A stretch of DNA of 64,000 bases from Gammaproteobacteria bacterium (GCA_013288135.1 JABDCL010000004.1:19949-83948), one strand, 5' to 3'. Positions 46,945 through 56,567 are shown, numbered from the stretch's first letter. A program made the numbers and translations. Notes: generated from the sequence alone by a model not told the origin.

Positions 46945-46963
46945 CCATTGGGTGTCTGACACC
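46945..46963. repeat. IS-end-like motif CCATTGGGTGTCTGACACC
   Basis: Identical to the right IS terminus GCCATTGGTGTCTGACACC apart from one extra G. Confidence 0.5.
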
Positions 46964-47240
46964 ATCGTCACCTATTAAGTTCGAATGATATCTAAACTTG
47001 ACCTATCATATAAAAGAAATGAATTAAATACAAGAGAAAAGATAAAAAAATGTCCTAACTCTGGCGGAAGCAGTTTTTGCACACGCATCTGAGCCAGAAA
47101 TGGTTTCTGAACCTGCCCCCACTTTAATGACCCCACAATATTCATCTGCCACACATTCCCCACACACATCACAAGATCTCATGAATAGAGCAGATGATAT
47201 CCATTGGAAAGTGAACAATGGTTTTACTATCTAGAACGAT

Positions 47241-47303
47241 GGTGTCAAATCTTGACATTGGACATTGAGTATTTTGCAATGTCCAATGTCAAGATTTGAC
47301 ACC
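47241..47303. mobile_element. 63-bp MITE (GGTGTCAAATCTTGACATTGGACA family)
   Basis: GGTGTCAAATCTTGACATTGGACATTG...CAATGTCCAATGTCAAGATTTGACACC, 15 nt from the ankyrin gene stop. Confidence 0.9.
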
Positions 47304-47318
47304 ATTTGACTCATTTCC

Positions 47319-49265
47319 TCATCCAACAGTTTTTAAAGGCGCCGTTCGGCTCAATGCCACATTTACACTCTGAACTGATAGTGTTTCTCGACGAACCGGG
47401 AGACGATCAATCATCCTATTACCATTATTTTCAGTTAAAATTCCTCTATATCTCGTTAAAAGAGGCCCACCTTGAAAACCGTCGATCGGCACTTGTTTTG
47501 AAGCACGAGGAACCCCTCTACCCCTCTGAACACGGACACAACGACCCTGTTCTACCATTGCCATAATGTTAGGCAATTTTACAGTTTTACGAGGGCTTTC
47601 TTCGGGCCTAAGATTTTCTTTTTCGATCTTTCTTTCAAGCTCAACATGAGTCTCGTCTACTGGACCTTTTGAAGCAAGAGAAGGAAACATAGGTGCTCGG
47701 GCTTCTAATTCAACTTTTAATTCAATTTCATTTTCAGAACCCTTTTCAGAATTCTCATCCATCTCAAGCAAAACACGCAAATGAGATTTAATTTTACTTT
47801 TCTGAGCATTCATCACTCTGTTACGTTCTGCTTTTGTTAAAGCTTTTAACATTTTTAAAGCTCTTTTCGATTCGGTTTTTACCTTTTCCATTCGTTTAAT
47901 TCTTTCAGGCCGTATGCTTGAGGGATTTTGTCCATGATGTTCTTTTAAAATTTCAAAAATCAATCTTAAACAAAGCTTATAGATGGGATCCTTTTCTCTT
48001 TTCTCTCGTGCAACACGCAATTTTTCTAACAACATGTCAATAAACTTATCTCGCATATGACAGGTAGACTCTTTATAACAATGCTTGGCATTTAATAAAG
48101 CTATAGTAATCATTGCTGGAGAAATGATACCTCCAACAAACTCTTGAGATTTTTTTAACTCCTGCAAGAGTAATAAGGGAAATCTTAATATCTTTAAATT
48201 TGCCATAGTACAGGTTGCATGTTTCTGTGGTTTTGCAGCACATTCATAAAAGTGCTTGGCGTCAGTTTTGGTGGCACCAAAGGAGGCAACACGTCCCACT
48301 ATTAATTTATGAATTTCTTGTTCTTCTGGTATGCGTCCAAAAGGGAAAAACCCACGGATCCAGGCCTCATCAATATGTTTCCTTTCTTCTTCGGTCATTT
48401 CATAAATTCTAACTTCTTGTCTAGAGCCCCCTCCACGATTACAGTAAACAAAAAATTTCCCATATAACCCTATTCCAACGACATGTTTCTCTATTTTGCC
48501 TGCGACATTAATAACATTCATGCATACCGGTAATATTATAATTTTATTTTCTTGATACCGCTTAAGAAGAACAACTTCAGTGACTGAGTTTTCAAGATTT
48601 ACAAAATTATTAGTAACTCCATAAGCTTCTAAAATATCTACTAAACATTTTTGTTCTTCAGCTGTCCTTTTGATTTCTGTATCAAAAACATATTGTTGGA
48701 AAAAATCATTTAAACTTTTAAAAGACAAATGCGTGTAATTTTTTTCCGTGCTAATAGTTATCTCTCCCCTTAATGGGGACGGTATACGGATTTTTGATCT
48801 AACCCCTGTAATATGTCCTGTGGCTTTTATCAAACTAAAGCCATCTTGAAAATTAGCGAATGGGACTGAAATTGTTTGACGTTTAGTAGCCTCACGAATT
48901 AAATCAACCAATTCAGGTATTCGATAGTAAATAGCCATATCAAGCACAGTATAACCGTGTATATTTATAATATTAAGATTGGTGCCTGCTTTAATTAAGT
49001 GTCTATAAGCAATTTTTCTATCATTTCTAACAGCTAGCATAAGAGGAGTGTCTAAGCCATCATTTACAACATTCACATCAGCCTGATTTTGCAAAAGTAA
49101 CTTTACAATAACACCGGTACGATCGTGTAAAACAGCAAGATGTAATAAAGTTTGTTTATCTATATCTACAGGATCATTCAATTTGGCTAAAATATCAGGT
49201 TCTAGCAGTAATTGTCTGATTGCCGGAATATCACAAGCCCGAATAGCGTCGTATGCTCTTTTCAT
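47319..49265 (-). CDS. Ankyrin-repeat protein with large uncharacterised C-terminal region
   Basis: N-terminal ANK units (TLLHLAVLHDRTGVIVKLLLQNQADVNVVNDGLDTPLMLAVRNDRKIAYRHLIKAGTNLNIINIHGYTVLDMAIYY). Confidence 0.8.
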   Translation of the reverse strand: MKRAYDAIRACDIPAIRQLLLEPDILAKLNDPVDIDKQTLLHLAVLHDRTGVIVKLLLQNQADVNVVNDGLDTPLMLAVRNDRKIAYRHLIKAGTNLNIINIHGYTVLDMAIYYRIPELVDLIREATKRQTISVPFANFQDGFSLIKATGHITGVRSKIRIPSPLRGEITISTEKNYTHLSFKSLNDFFQQYVFDTEIKRTAEEQKCLVDILEAYGVTNNFVNLENSVTEVVLLKRYQENKIIILPVCMNVINVAGKIEKHVVGIGLYGKFFVYCNRGGGSRQEVRIYEMTEEERKHIDEAWIRGFFPFGRIPEEQEIHKLIVGRVASFGATKTDAKHFYECAAKPQKHATCTMANLKILRFPLLLLQELKKSQEFVGGIISPAMITIALLNAKHCYKESTCHMRDKFIDMLLEKLRVAREKREKDPIYKLCLRLIFEILKEHHGQNPSSIRPERIKRMEKVKTESKRALKMLKALTKAERNRVMNAQKSKIKSHLRVLLEMDENSEKGSENEIELKVELEARAPMFPSLASKGPVDETHVELERKIEKENLRPEESPRKTVKLPNIMAMVEQGRCVRVQRGRGVPRASKQVPIDGFQGGPLLTRYRGILTENNGNRMIDRLPVRRETLSVQSVNVALSRTAPLKTVG

Positions 49266-49512
49266 TGTCGTTTTCCGTTTAGTTTATAATAATAAAAAAT
49301 AAATAAAAATAATAGAAAGAATTCTAACATAAAATTAAAAACATATAAAGGAATTATTTAATGAATGTAGAAAAATTAGCTAATTATTTTCAGATGGGTG
49401 TAAATACAAGTATTGGGCTCAACATTAACGTTGATCCCTTACAAAAATACAGGGTATCAGGATATAGTGACGGGATTGGCTTCAGACCAATCCCTATCAC
49501 TTAGATCTTTAT

Positions 49513-49833
49513 CTAAGGTTTTGAAGTTTTTGGAAGTGAAAGTATTTTAGCATGTTTTCTGTGAAGCCAAGATGTTCCAGCCGCAGCTGTTGGTTCATCC
49601 CGTGGATTAAAACCTTTATAACCAAAATTTAATACACGGGCTGAAGAAAGAGCTACATCTTCCTTTTCCTTTTCTTTTAGTACAGCTCTCCTCTCTTTCT
49701 GCTCTTTATCAAAATCTTTAGCGAGTTTTGCAAATTGCTCATCTAATGTCCTACATGCAGGCGGTGGTGTTACACATCGCTCTGGCAGCCCTGTTAATCC
49801 CGTTGGTGCTATTGCTGGTGGTCTTGAAGCCAT
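49513..49833 (-). CDS. Hypothetical small protein
   Basis: 106-aa ORF with AGGAG 8 nt upstream of the ATG. Pro-rich N-terminus and charged centre. Confidence 0.5.
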   Translation of the reverse strand: MASRPPAIAPTGLTGLPERCVTPPPACRTLDEQFAKLAKDFDKEQKERRAVLKEKEKEDVALSSARVLNFGYKGFNPRDEPTAAAGTSWLHRKHAKILSLPKTSKP

Positions 49834-50016
49834 AAGATATCTCCTATTTAAGTTTAAAATAATAAGTTCTAAAAATTATATCAGAGCGACATATGTTTAG
49901 TCCATATTATATATTTAAAAATAGGTCTATATACACGTTTCTTCTTGCTTTTCTAAAGTGAGCGGGATTATAGTGCCCATGTAAATGGGATCGTGTTCAC
50001 GGAGGTTTAATAAGTT

Positions 50017-50295
50017 ATGTCTCAAAACAACACGCAAAACTATTTGTCCCTTATAAATCGACAAATTGCTTCACAAAAATCGGTGCTCAATCAATATTCT
50101 AAAATGGAGACAACGCTTGCTCTCCTCTTAAAACAAGATTTAAAACGTCAAGAAACACGAGAATATTTGTCAGAACTTAATGAAATGATTGATTTAATCA
50201 AATTTTTTAATGAACACTTATTGAATATTTTAATTAAAATAAGACTTACCTTGTTGGAATCTAAATCTTCAGTAAGTAATTGGACAATTCACTAA
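50017..50295 (+). CDS. Hypothetical small helical protein
   Basis: 92-aa ORF with GGAGG about 12 nt upstream of the ATG. Confidence 0.45.
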   Translation: MSQNNTQNYLSLINRQIASQKSVLNQYSKMETTLALLLKQDLKRQETREYLSELNEMIDLIKFFNEHLLNILIKIRLTLLESKSSVSNWTIH

Positions 50296-50335
50296 ACAAT
50301 TTACTAAACAGCTACAATAAGAGCTAAGAACAAAG

Positions 50336-50737
50336 CTAACCGTAGTGTGCACCATCTACATAATACCAACAACCCTTAATTCGATGAAATTCACTATTTT
50401 CATGAATGCATCTCTCAATTCCCTCGCCCACTAATTGATATCTGGCTTTAAATTCGACAAAACCAATAGTCGGATCATGATTATCAATACTTGATGCAAT
50501 AACATTAAGCCCCAACCATTGGATTTTCCCTTTTGTAATTTCTTTTTTATTGAATTGTGATAAAGCCGGTTCTCGCATGGTTTGTTTTATATAGTCATAA
50601 TTTTCTTCCACATAAGCAGTGTACCGAGAACGCATCAAAGCCTCTGGTGTTTCTGCTGGAATTTTTTCCTGAATGTAAGCACCACAACAATCAAGATAGC
50701 GTTTTTGACTATCACAGGGACACAATTTCATTTCCAT
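50336..50737 (-). CDS. ychJ: YchJ family protein (SEC-C motif plus NTF2-like UPF0225)
   Basis: N-terminal CPCDSQKRYLDCCG SEC-C metal-binding motif. Confidence 0.8.
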   Translation of the reverse strand: MEMKLCPCDSQKRYLDCCGAYIQEKIPAETPEALMRSRYTAYVEENYDYIKQTMREPALSQFNKKEITKGKIQWLGLNVIASSIDNHDPTIGFVEFKARYQLVGEGIERCIHENSEFHRIKGCWYYVDGAHYG

Positions 50738-50766
50738 AACACCTCATAAATATTTGGTTTTTAGTT

Positions 50767-50840
50767 GGGTCGGCACAGGGACCGACCCCTACAATTTGAA
50801 TGTTCCTTCAGTTGGGTCGGCACGGAGACCGACCCCTACA
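50767..50840 (+). repeat. Two REP-variant hairpins GGGTCGGCAC(A/G)G(G/A)GACCGACCCCTACA (47-bp period)
   Basis: The stem GGGTCGG/CCGACCC differs from GGGCCGG/CCGGCCC by paired compensatory changes. Confidence 0.85.
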
Positions 50841-50843
50841 ATG

Positions 50844-50885
50844 AAAAAGGGGGGTTAGGGGGCATTTGGGGATTTGCGGGGATTT
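50844..50885. repeat. Poly-G element arm AAAAAGGGGGGTTAGGGGGCATTTGGGGATTTGCGGGGATTTT
   Basis: Shares AAAAGGGGGGTTAGGGGG.ATTT with the reverse complement of the fadJ insertion. It abuts the thiolase stop codon. Confidence 0.6.
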
Positions 50886-52084
50886 TAAACCGATTCTAAG
50901 ATACCCGCAGCGCCCATTCCAGTACCCACACACATAGTCACCATCCCATACTTTAAACGCTTTCTTTTTAATCCATGAACCACTGTTGTTGCACGAATCG
51001 CACCAGTGGCACCCAGAGGATGTCCAAGTGCAATAGCACCTCCTAAAGGATTTACTTTAGAGATATCCAAATTCACTTCATTAATAACTGCTAAAGATTG
51101 TGCAGCAAAGGCCTCATTCAATTCAATCCAATCGATAGCATCCAGAGATAACCCTGTCTGTTTCAATACTTTAGGAATAGCCTCGGCTGGACCCATACCC
51201 ATGATTTCAGGTGCAACCCCTACCACCGAATACCCACAAAAACGAGCCAAAGGTGTTAAATTATGCTGCTGTAAAAATGACTCACTGACAACCAAAAGAG
51301 CTGCGGCACCGTCGCTCATTTGCGAAGAGTTACCCGCTGTGACTGATCCTTCTGCGCTAAACACCGGTTTTAATTTTGATAAGGTTTGGAGACTGGACCC
51401 TGCACGAGGACCTTGATCAATACTCACTTTGCTTGTGTTAATTATTGGTTTTCCCGTTGTAATATCTGGATAATGCGTCATCACTGTAAAGGGCACAATT
51501 TCAGCTTTAAAAGCTTCTTGATTAATTGCTATTAATGCTTTTTCATGGCTCTTCAGTGCAAATTCATCTTGTGCAAGCCTTGCTATATTGTATCGTTTAG
51601 CGACAATTTCAGCGGTGATCCCCATGCCATAAGCAATACCAATATTTTCCCCCTGATTAGAAAAAAATTTTGGATTTCCTGTAAATTTAAATCCGCCCAT
51701 GGGAATGCGACTCATACTTTCAACACCTCCCGCTATTATAACGTCCGCTCCCCCTAAGTTAATTCGATTAGCCGCTTGTGCTAAAGTCTCTAAACCTGAG
51801 GCACAAAAACGATTAACAGTAACACCAGGTACTGAATCGGGTAATCCTGCCAAAAGAGCACCAATCCGTGCAACATTCATCCCTTGTTCGCCTTCCGGCA
51901 TTGCACAGCCAATGATGACATCTTCTATTAAACTGGGATCTATTTCAGGCACGCTGTCCATTAGGTTTTTTAATACATGCGCTAACAAATCATCCGGGCG
52001 AGTATGTGCAAAGGCACCTTTAGCCTTACCCACCGCAGTACGACAGGCTGCAACAATATAGGCTTCTTGAATTTTTTTTGTCAT
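50885..52084 (-). CDS. Acetyl-CoA C-acyltransferase (3-ketoacyl-CoA thiolase)
   Basis: Thiolase motifs VNRFCASGL (active-site Cys), NEAFAAQ, and GHPLGATG...CVGTGMG. Confidence 0.9.
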   Translation of the reverse strand: MTKKIQEAYIVAACRTAVGKAKGAFAHTRPDDLLAHVLKNLMDSVPEIDPSLIEDVIIGCAMPEGEQGMNVARIGALLAGLPDSVPGVTVNRFCASGLETLAQAANRINLGGADVIIAGGVESMSRIPMGGFKFTGNPKFFSNQGENIGIAYGMGITAEIVAKRYNIARLAQDEFALKSHEKALIAINQEAFKAEIVPFTVMTHYPDITTGKPIINTSKVSIDQGPRAGSSLQTLSKLKPVFSAEGSVTAGNSSQMSDGAAALLVVSESFLQQHNLTPLARFCGYSVVGVAPEIMGMGPAEAIPKVLKQTGLSLDAIDWIELNEAFAAQSLAVINEVNLDISKVNPLGGAIALGHPLGATGAIRATTVVHGLKRKRLKYGMVTMCVGTGMGAAGILESV

Positions 52085-52091
52085 AAATACC

Positions 52092-54476
52092 TCAATTCTT
52101 CAATGGCTTATTATGTTGAAGCATATAAGCAATGCGCTCTTGCGTTTTTTTAGTATTCAACAATTCTAAAAAGGCTTGTTGCTCTAATTCTAATAACCAC
52201 TCTTCCGACACTTCTATGCCTCCTTCGACTTCTCCCCCACACATGACACGTGCAAGCAAAGAACCTATTAAATAATCGTGATCAGAAACAAATCCCCCTT
52301 CTCGCATATTGACTAATTCTACTTGAATGGTTGCAAGTCCTGGTTTTCCAGCAACAGTAATATTACCTTTAAGCGGCGGGTGATAATTTGATTCCGCAAG
52401 GGCCAGTGCTTGTTTTTTTGCGACAAATAAAACCTCATAAGGATTTGTAATAATAATGTCCCCTTCTTGCAAAAATCCTAATTGTTTCGCCGCTAATGCA
52501 CTCTTTGCCACTTCTGCTCTTGCAATGGTTCTAAAATATTTTTGCAAATGAGAAAATGGATCCCCGCCGTTTACATTTTGGGAGGCACGAGAGGCCCGAA
52601 GAGCCATTTCCTTACTTCCCGCACCCGCTGGGATTAAACCCACACCCATTTCCACTAAACCAGGATAAGATTCTAATGCTGCGATTGTCTTTGTACAATG
52701 CATCATAAGCTCACAGGCGCCCCCTAATACTAAACCTTGTATCGCCATTAATGTCGGAACTCGTGCATAACGTAAAGCAAGTGCCGTTTTTTGAAATTTT
52801 ACAACTACTTTTTCTAATAATTCTATTCTTCCTGCTGATAACGCAGTTAAAACATCTTTTAAATTTGCTCCGTAACTGAAATCAGTTCCGTGTCTTTGCC
52901 ATAAAATCAATGCTTTATAATCGGATTCAGCAACCCATATTGCTTCTAATAACCCATCCAATACAGCATCTGATATTGTGTTTTTCTTACTTTTAAAACT
53001 TAAGATTGCGAGTTCATCTCCTGTTGTCCAAAGACGAACAGCATCTGTTTCAAAAATTGTTTTACCTTCATCAAAAATTTCGCCCAATAAGGGATCAGGA
53101 AAAATTTGGCGTTTATACACCGGCAAAGAAGATCTGCTAATATAAGTTTGTTTCGAAGGGGAATAACAAGTTCCTTTTCCATAAGGACCCTCTTCTTTTA
53201 AAATTGTACTCCATTCCGGTAAGGGCTCCGAACTTAAGGTTTTGTTAGCACGAATATCCTCTTCTATCCAAGCCATCACCGTCTTCCAACCAATGTTCTG
53301 CCATAATTCAAAGGGACCTTGCTGCCAACCGAAACCCCAACGAATGGCCAAATCTATATCCCGCGGAGAATCCGCAATGGCCGTTAAATGATAAGCACAA
53401 TAGTGAAATAAATCCCGATAACTTGCCCACAAAAATTTAGCTTCGGGTATTGTACTCGTTCTTAATTTTGAAAACTTTTCATAAACCGTAGGTATTTTTA
53501 AAATTTCTAATATTTCAGGATCCACTTTTTGTTGTGCAGTTCTATAACACCGTTCTCGAATATCAAATACTTGGATCCCTTCAGCATCTTTTTTATAAAT
53601 ACCCGATCGGGTTTTTTGTCCTAATGCACCCTTATTAATTAAAGTAGAAAACCAGGCAGGAATATGAAATAAAGAATGCCAAGGATCATTCGGCAACCAT
53701 TTTTCCATAGTATTGACTACTTGTGCAAAAGTATCTAAACCAACAATGTCTAATGTTCTAAACGTTGCACTCCTGGGTCGACCCATAATAGGGCCTGTTA
53801 TTTGATCTACCAAATCAAAAGATAAATCCAGATCCATCGCATGATGTAAACTACACAAAAAAGAAAAAACACCTACTCGATTCCCAATAAAATTGGGCGT
53901 ATCTTTTGCATAGATAACCCCTTTGCCCAACTCCATCACTAAAAATGATTCCAACTGTTCTAATAAAAGTTTATCTGTTTCTTTATGAGGGATAAGTTCT
54001 ACTAAAGTCATATAACGGGGTGGGTTAAAAAAATGAACTCCACAAAAACGTGAACGGATAGAAGTCGGTAAACTTAAAGCTAATTTATTAATACTCAAAC
54101 CAGAAGTATTACTGACAAGCACCGACTGTGGATTTAAATACGGTGTAATTTTACGATACAAATCTTGTTTCCAATCTAATCGTTCTGAGATAGCTTCTAT
54201 TACTAAATCACACTCTCTCAATAAAGCTAAATCGTGACCGTAGTTTGCAACTTCTATAAGCTGAAATAAAGAATCGAGTGCTAAGGGGGAAGGATGTAAC
54301 TCTTTCAAAGATTTTAACGATTGCTTGACTAAAGCATTTTGATCATTCCCCTCTGTGGGTAGATCAAATAAAATAGGGGTAATTCCAACATTGACAAAAT
54401 GTGTTGCAATTTGTGCACCCATAACACCTGCACCAAGAACTGCTACCTTACGGATAAACAAACGATTATGCAACAT
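52092..54476 (-). CDS. 3-hydroxyacyl-CoA dehydrogenase / enoyl-CoA hydratase-family fusion (~800-aa type)
   Basis: N-terminal NAD-binding VAVLGAGVMGAQIA with the HAD domain, and a C-terminal crotonase-like region. Confidence 0.8.
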   Translation of the reverse strand: MLHNRLFIRKVAVLGAGVMGAQIATHFVNVGITPILFDLPTEGNDQNALVKQSLKSLKELHPSPLALDSLFQLIEVANYGHDLALLRECDLVIEAISERLDWKQDLYRKITPYLNPQSVLVSNTSGLSINKLALSLPTSIRSRFCGVHFFNPPRYMTLVELIPHKETDKLLLEQLESFLVMELGKGVIYAKDTPNFIGNRVGVFSFLCSLHHAMDLDLSFDLVDQITGPIMGRPRSATFRTLDIVGLDTFAQVVNTMEKWLPNDPWHSLFHIPAWFSTLINKGALGQKTRSGIYKKDAEGIQVFDIRERCYRTAQQKVDPEILEILKIPTVYEKFSKLRTSTIPEAKFLWASYRDLFHYCAYHLTAIADSPRDIDLAIRWGFGWQQGPFELWQNIGWKTVMAWIEEDIRANKTLSSEPLPEWSTILKEEGPYGKGTCYSPSKQTYISRSSLPVYKRQIFPDPLLGEIFDEGKTIFETDAVRLWTTGDELAILSFKSKKNTISDAVLDGLLEAIWVAESDYKALILWQRHGTDFSYGANLKDVLTALSAGRIELLEKVVVKFQKTALALRYARVPTLMAIQGLVLGGACELMMHCTKTIAALESYPGLVEMGVGLIPAGAGSKEMALRASRASQNVNGGDPFSHLQKYFRTIARAEVAKSALAAKQLGFLQEGDIIITNPYEVLFVAKKQALALAESNYHPPLKGNITVAGKPGLATIQVELVNMREGGFVSDHDYLIGSLLARVMCGGEVEGGIEVSEEWLLELEQQAFLELLNTKKTQERIAYMLQHNKPLKN

Positions 54477-56547
54477 CTAATTCACTCCAACCTCTATCCG
54501 CCAAAAATTGATCGCCATACCGCTCTGCTAATACATTTAAACGATGCATTAAATATGGTTTTCCTTCTTCTGCAATATAATGCAAAGGTCCTCCTCGAAA
54601 AGGAGGAAATCCTGCACCAAAGATCATCCCTGCATCCAGCAAATTCGCATCTGCTACAATCCCTTCTCGTAAACAGGCTAATGCCTCATTAAACATTCGA
54701 AACATTAATCTATCTGTAATATCTTCTGGGATCTGATAATTAATATCCAGTTTTTCTTTAACAGGTTTACCCTTTTTATATTCATAAAATCCTCGGCCAG
54801 TCTTTTTGCCTAAATGCCCCTTGGCAACCAACTCTCGTATTTGATTAGGTACTTGTCCTCCAAAGTGGTGACTTAAAGATTCTCCTGCTAATAAACAAAC
54901 ATCTAATCCTACCATATCCGCCAGTTCGATAGGGCCCATAGGCATGCCAAACTCAATGGCTGCACGATCAATCACTGTTTTTGAAAGTCCTTCGCTTAAC
55001 AAGCGTACACCTTCCATTAAATAAGGCATTAATAGTCGATTAATTAAAAAACCAGGCGCACTTCGGACAGGTAAAGGCAGCTTGTCAATACAACGAACAA
55101 AAGCAATTGCACACTGAGTTACCAGAGGATCTGTTTTATTATCTGAAATTACTTCTACCAAAGACATTTTGGCAACCGGATTAAAAAAGTGGATCCCCAC
55201 TAGTCGTTCTCCAGACTGTAAAGTTTCTGCTATTTCTTCTAAAGGAATTGTCGATGTATTGCTTGCCAAAATTGCCTCTGGCTTTGCCAATTTTTCTATA
55301 TTCTTAAACAAAGCTTGCTTGGCTTCTTTGTTTTCAATGATAGCTTCAATAATAATGTCACTCTTAGAAATACCAAGTCCTTCAACATCTGGCATTAATC
55401 TATCCATCGCTGCTTTAACTCTATAAGGTTCTTTGAGTTGTTTTGTGAATAGTTCCTTGGCACGTTTTAAAGATGCAGCAATTGCCTTTAAATTAGTGTC
55501 TTGTAAAGTTACTTTAAACCCTTTAAGCGCGCACCAAGCAGCAATATCACCGCCCATAACACCTGCCCCGACAACATGTATGTGTCTGGGTTTAAATAGG
55601 CTTTCCCGACTTAGATTTTTTAATGTTTCTTGTAAATGAAAGACTCGAAGCAAATTTTTTGCTGTGTCTGAGACCATTAATTGACTGATAGATTTTATTT
55701 CTGACTCAAAAGCGGATTGTTTTGAAATACCATGTTCTACCCAATTATCAACAATAGCAAAGGGTGCTGGATAATGCGCTGGATTCACTTTTGCCCTTAA
55801 TTTACGATACAGAAATTTTCCGATTAAAGGGCGGACAAATTCAAGATTTAAGATATGTTCCCCCACTTTTATAAAGGGGGGGCTAGGGGGGGATTTCCGA
55901 TTTAAAAAATCCCCCCTAACCCCCCTTTTCCAAAGTGGGGAATTTAAATAATACTTCACAGCAGCCATATACTGTCGCTTCGGCACCACAACATCCACTA
56001 ACCCCATTTTACCTGCCTCTTTAGCAGAAATGGATCGCCCCGATAACATTAAATCCATCGCCGAGAATATCCCAATTAATCGAGGCAGTCGTACGGTTCC
56101 CCCCCAACCTGGATGAATACCTAACAACACTTCAGGTGTCCCAAAACGCGTTTTTGGATCGTCGATCGCAATCCGATAACGACATGCCAAAGCAAGTTCT
56201 AAGCCTCCTCCCAAACAAAATCCTTGGATTAAAGCAAGCGTTGGAAAAGAAACTTTTTCTAACTCCTCAAAAATTTTTTGACCTTGCTCAATTAAACTCG
56301 TCGCTTCCTCTGCAGACTTTACATTCTCAAATTGATGAATATCAGCCCCAGCTATAAATCCATTTTCTTTGCCAGATTGTATAACCAACCCAAGTGGTGG
56401 TTTTGGGAGTGCTTCTAACATTTGTAAAAAAGAATGTAATTCTTCTAATACCTCTGCATTGATGGTATTCACCGAGGAAGACTGTCTATTAAAAGTTAAC
56501 CAAAAAATGTTATCAGCATCTTTTTCATATTGCCAATGACGATACAT
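54466..56547 (-). CDS. fadJ: Fatty-acid oxidation complex alpha subunit (enoyl-CoA hydratase + 3-hydroxyacyl-CoA dehydrogenase), carrying an in-frame palindromic insertion
   Basis: N-terminal crotonase fold (GFIAGADI, GGGLELALAC), then HVVGAGVMGGDIA HAD domain. Lies downstream of a FadI-like thiolase, as in fadIJ. Confidence 0.8.
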   Translation of the reverse strand: MYRHWQYEKDADNIFWLTFNRQSSSVNTINAEVLEELHSFLQMLEALPKPPLGLVIQSGKENGFIAGADIHQFENVKSAEEATSLIEQGQKIFEELEKVSFPTLALIQGFCLGGGLELALACRYRIAIDDPKTRFGTPEVLLGIHPGWGGTVRLPRLIGIFSAMDLMLSGRSISAKEAGKMGLVDVVVPKRQYMAAVKYYLNSPLWKRGVRGDFLNRKSPPSPPFIKVGEHILNLEFVRPLIGKFLYRKLRAKVNPAHYPAPFAIVDNWVEHGISKQSAFESEIKSISQLMVSDTAKNLLRVFHLQETLKNLSRESLFKPRHIHVVGAGVMGGDIAAWCALKGFKVTLQDTNLKAIAASLKRAKELFTKQLKEPYRVKAAMDRLMPDVEGLGISKSDIIIEAIIENKEAKQALFKNIEKLAKPEAILASNTSTIPLEEIAETLQSGERLVGIHFFNPVAKMSLVEVISDNKTDPLVTQCAIAFVRCIDKLPLPVRSAPGFLINRLLMPYLMEGVRLLSEGLSKTVIDRAAIEFGMPMGPIELADMVGLDVCLLAGESLSHHFGGQVPNQIRELVAKGHLGKKTGRGFYEYKKGKPVKEKLDINYQIPEDITDRLMFRMFNEALACLREGIVADANLLDAGMIFGAGFPPFRGGPLHYIAEEGKPYLMHRLNVLAERYGDQFLADRGWSELDVA
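55861..55940. mobile_element. 80-bp poly-G palindromic element inserted in frame in fadJ
   Basis: CCCCACTTTTATAAAGGGGGGGCTAGGGGGGGATTT...AAATCCCCCCTAACCCCCCTTTTCCAAAGTGGGG, translated as PLWKRGVRGDFLNRKSPPSPPFIKVG. Confidence 0.8.
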
Positions 56548-56567
56548 AGATTCTCCTTGCGGGGGTT

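Noticed and set aside
46975-47234. Small ORFs 46975..47172(-) and 47024..47218(-), plus a 44-codon plus-strand ORF at 47100..47234
   Set aside because: They have no SD, mutually overlap in different frames, have Cys/His-rich odd composition, and carry no recognisable motif. I treated the 280-bp gap as non-coding.
49361-49504. 47-codon plus-strand ORF (MNVEKLANYFQMGVNTSIGLNINVDPLQKY...) with a weak AAGGA upstream
   Set aside because: It is short with no motif, ends in a hairpin (GGGATTGG..CCAATCCC) shared with the convergent gene, and cannot be supported from sequence alone.
51006-52061. Several 70-136-aa plus-strand ORFs inside the thiolase gene, with similar ones inside fadJ, fadI, fadE, prfB and lysS
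   Set aside because: They are antisense to genes with unambiguous family motifs, which is typical of shadow ORFs.
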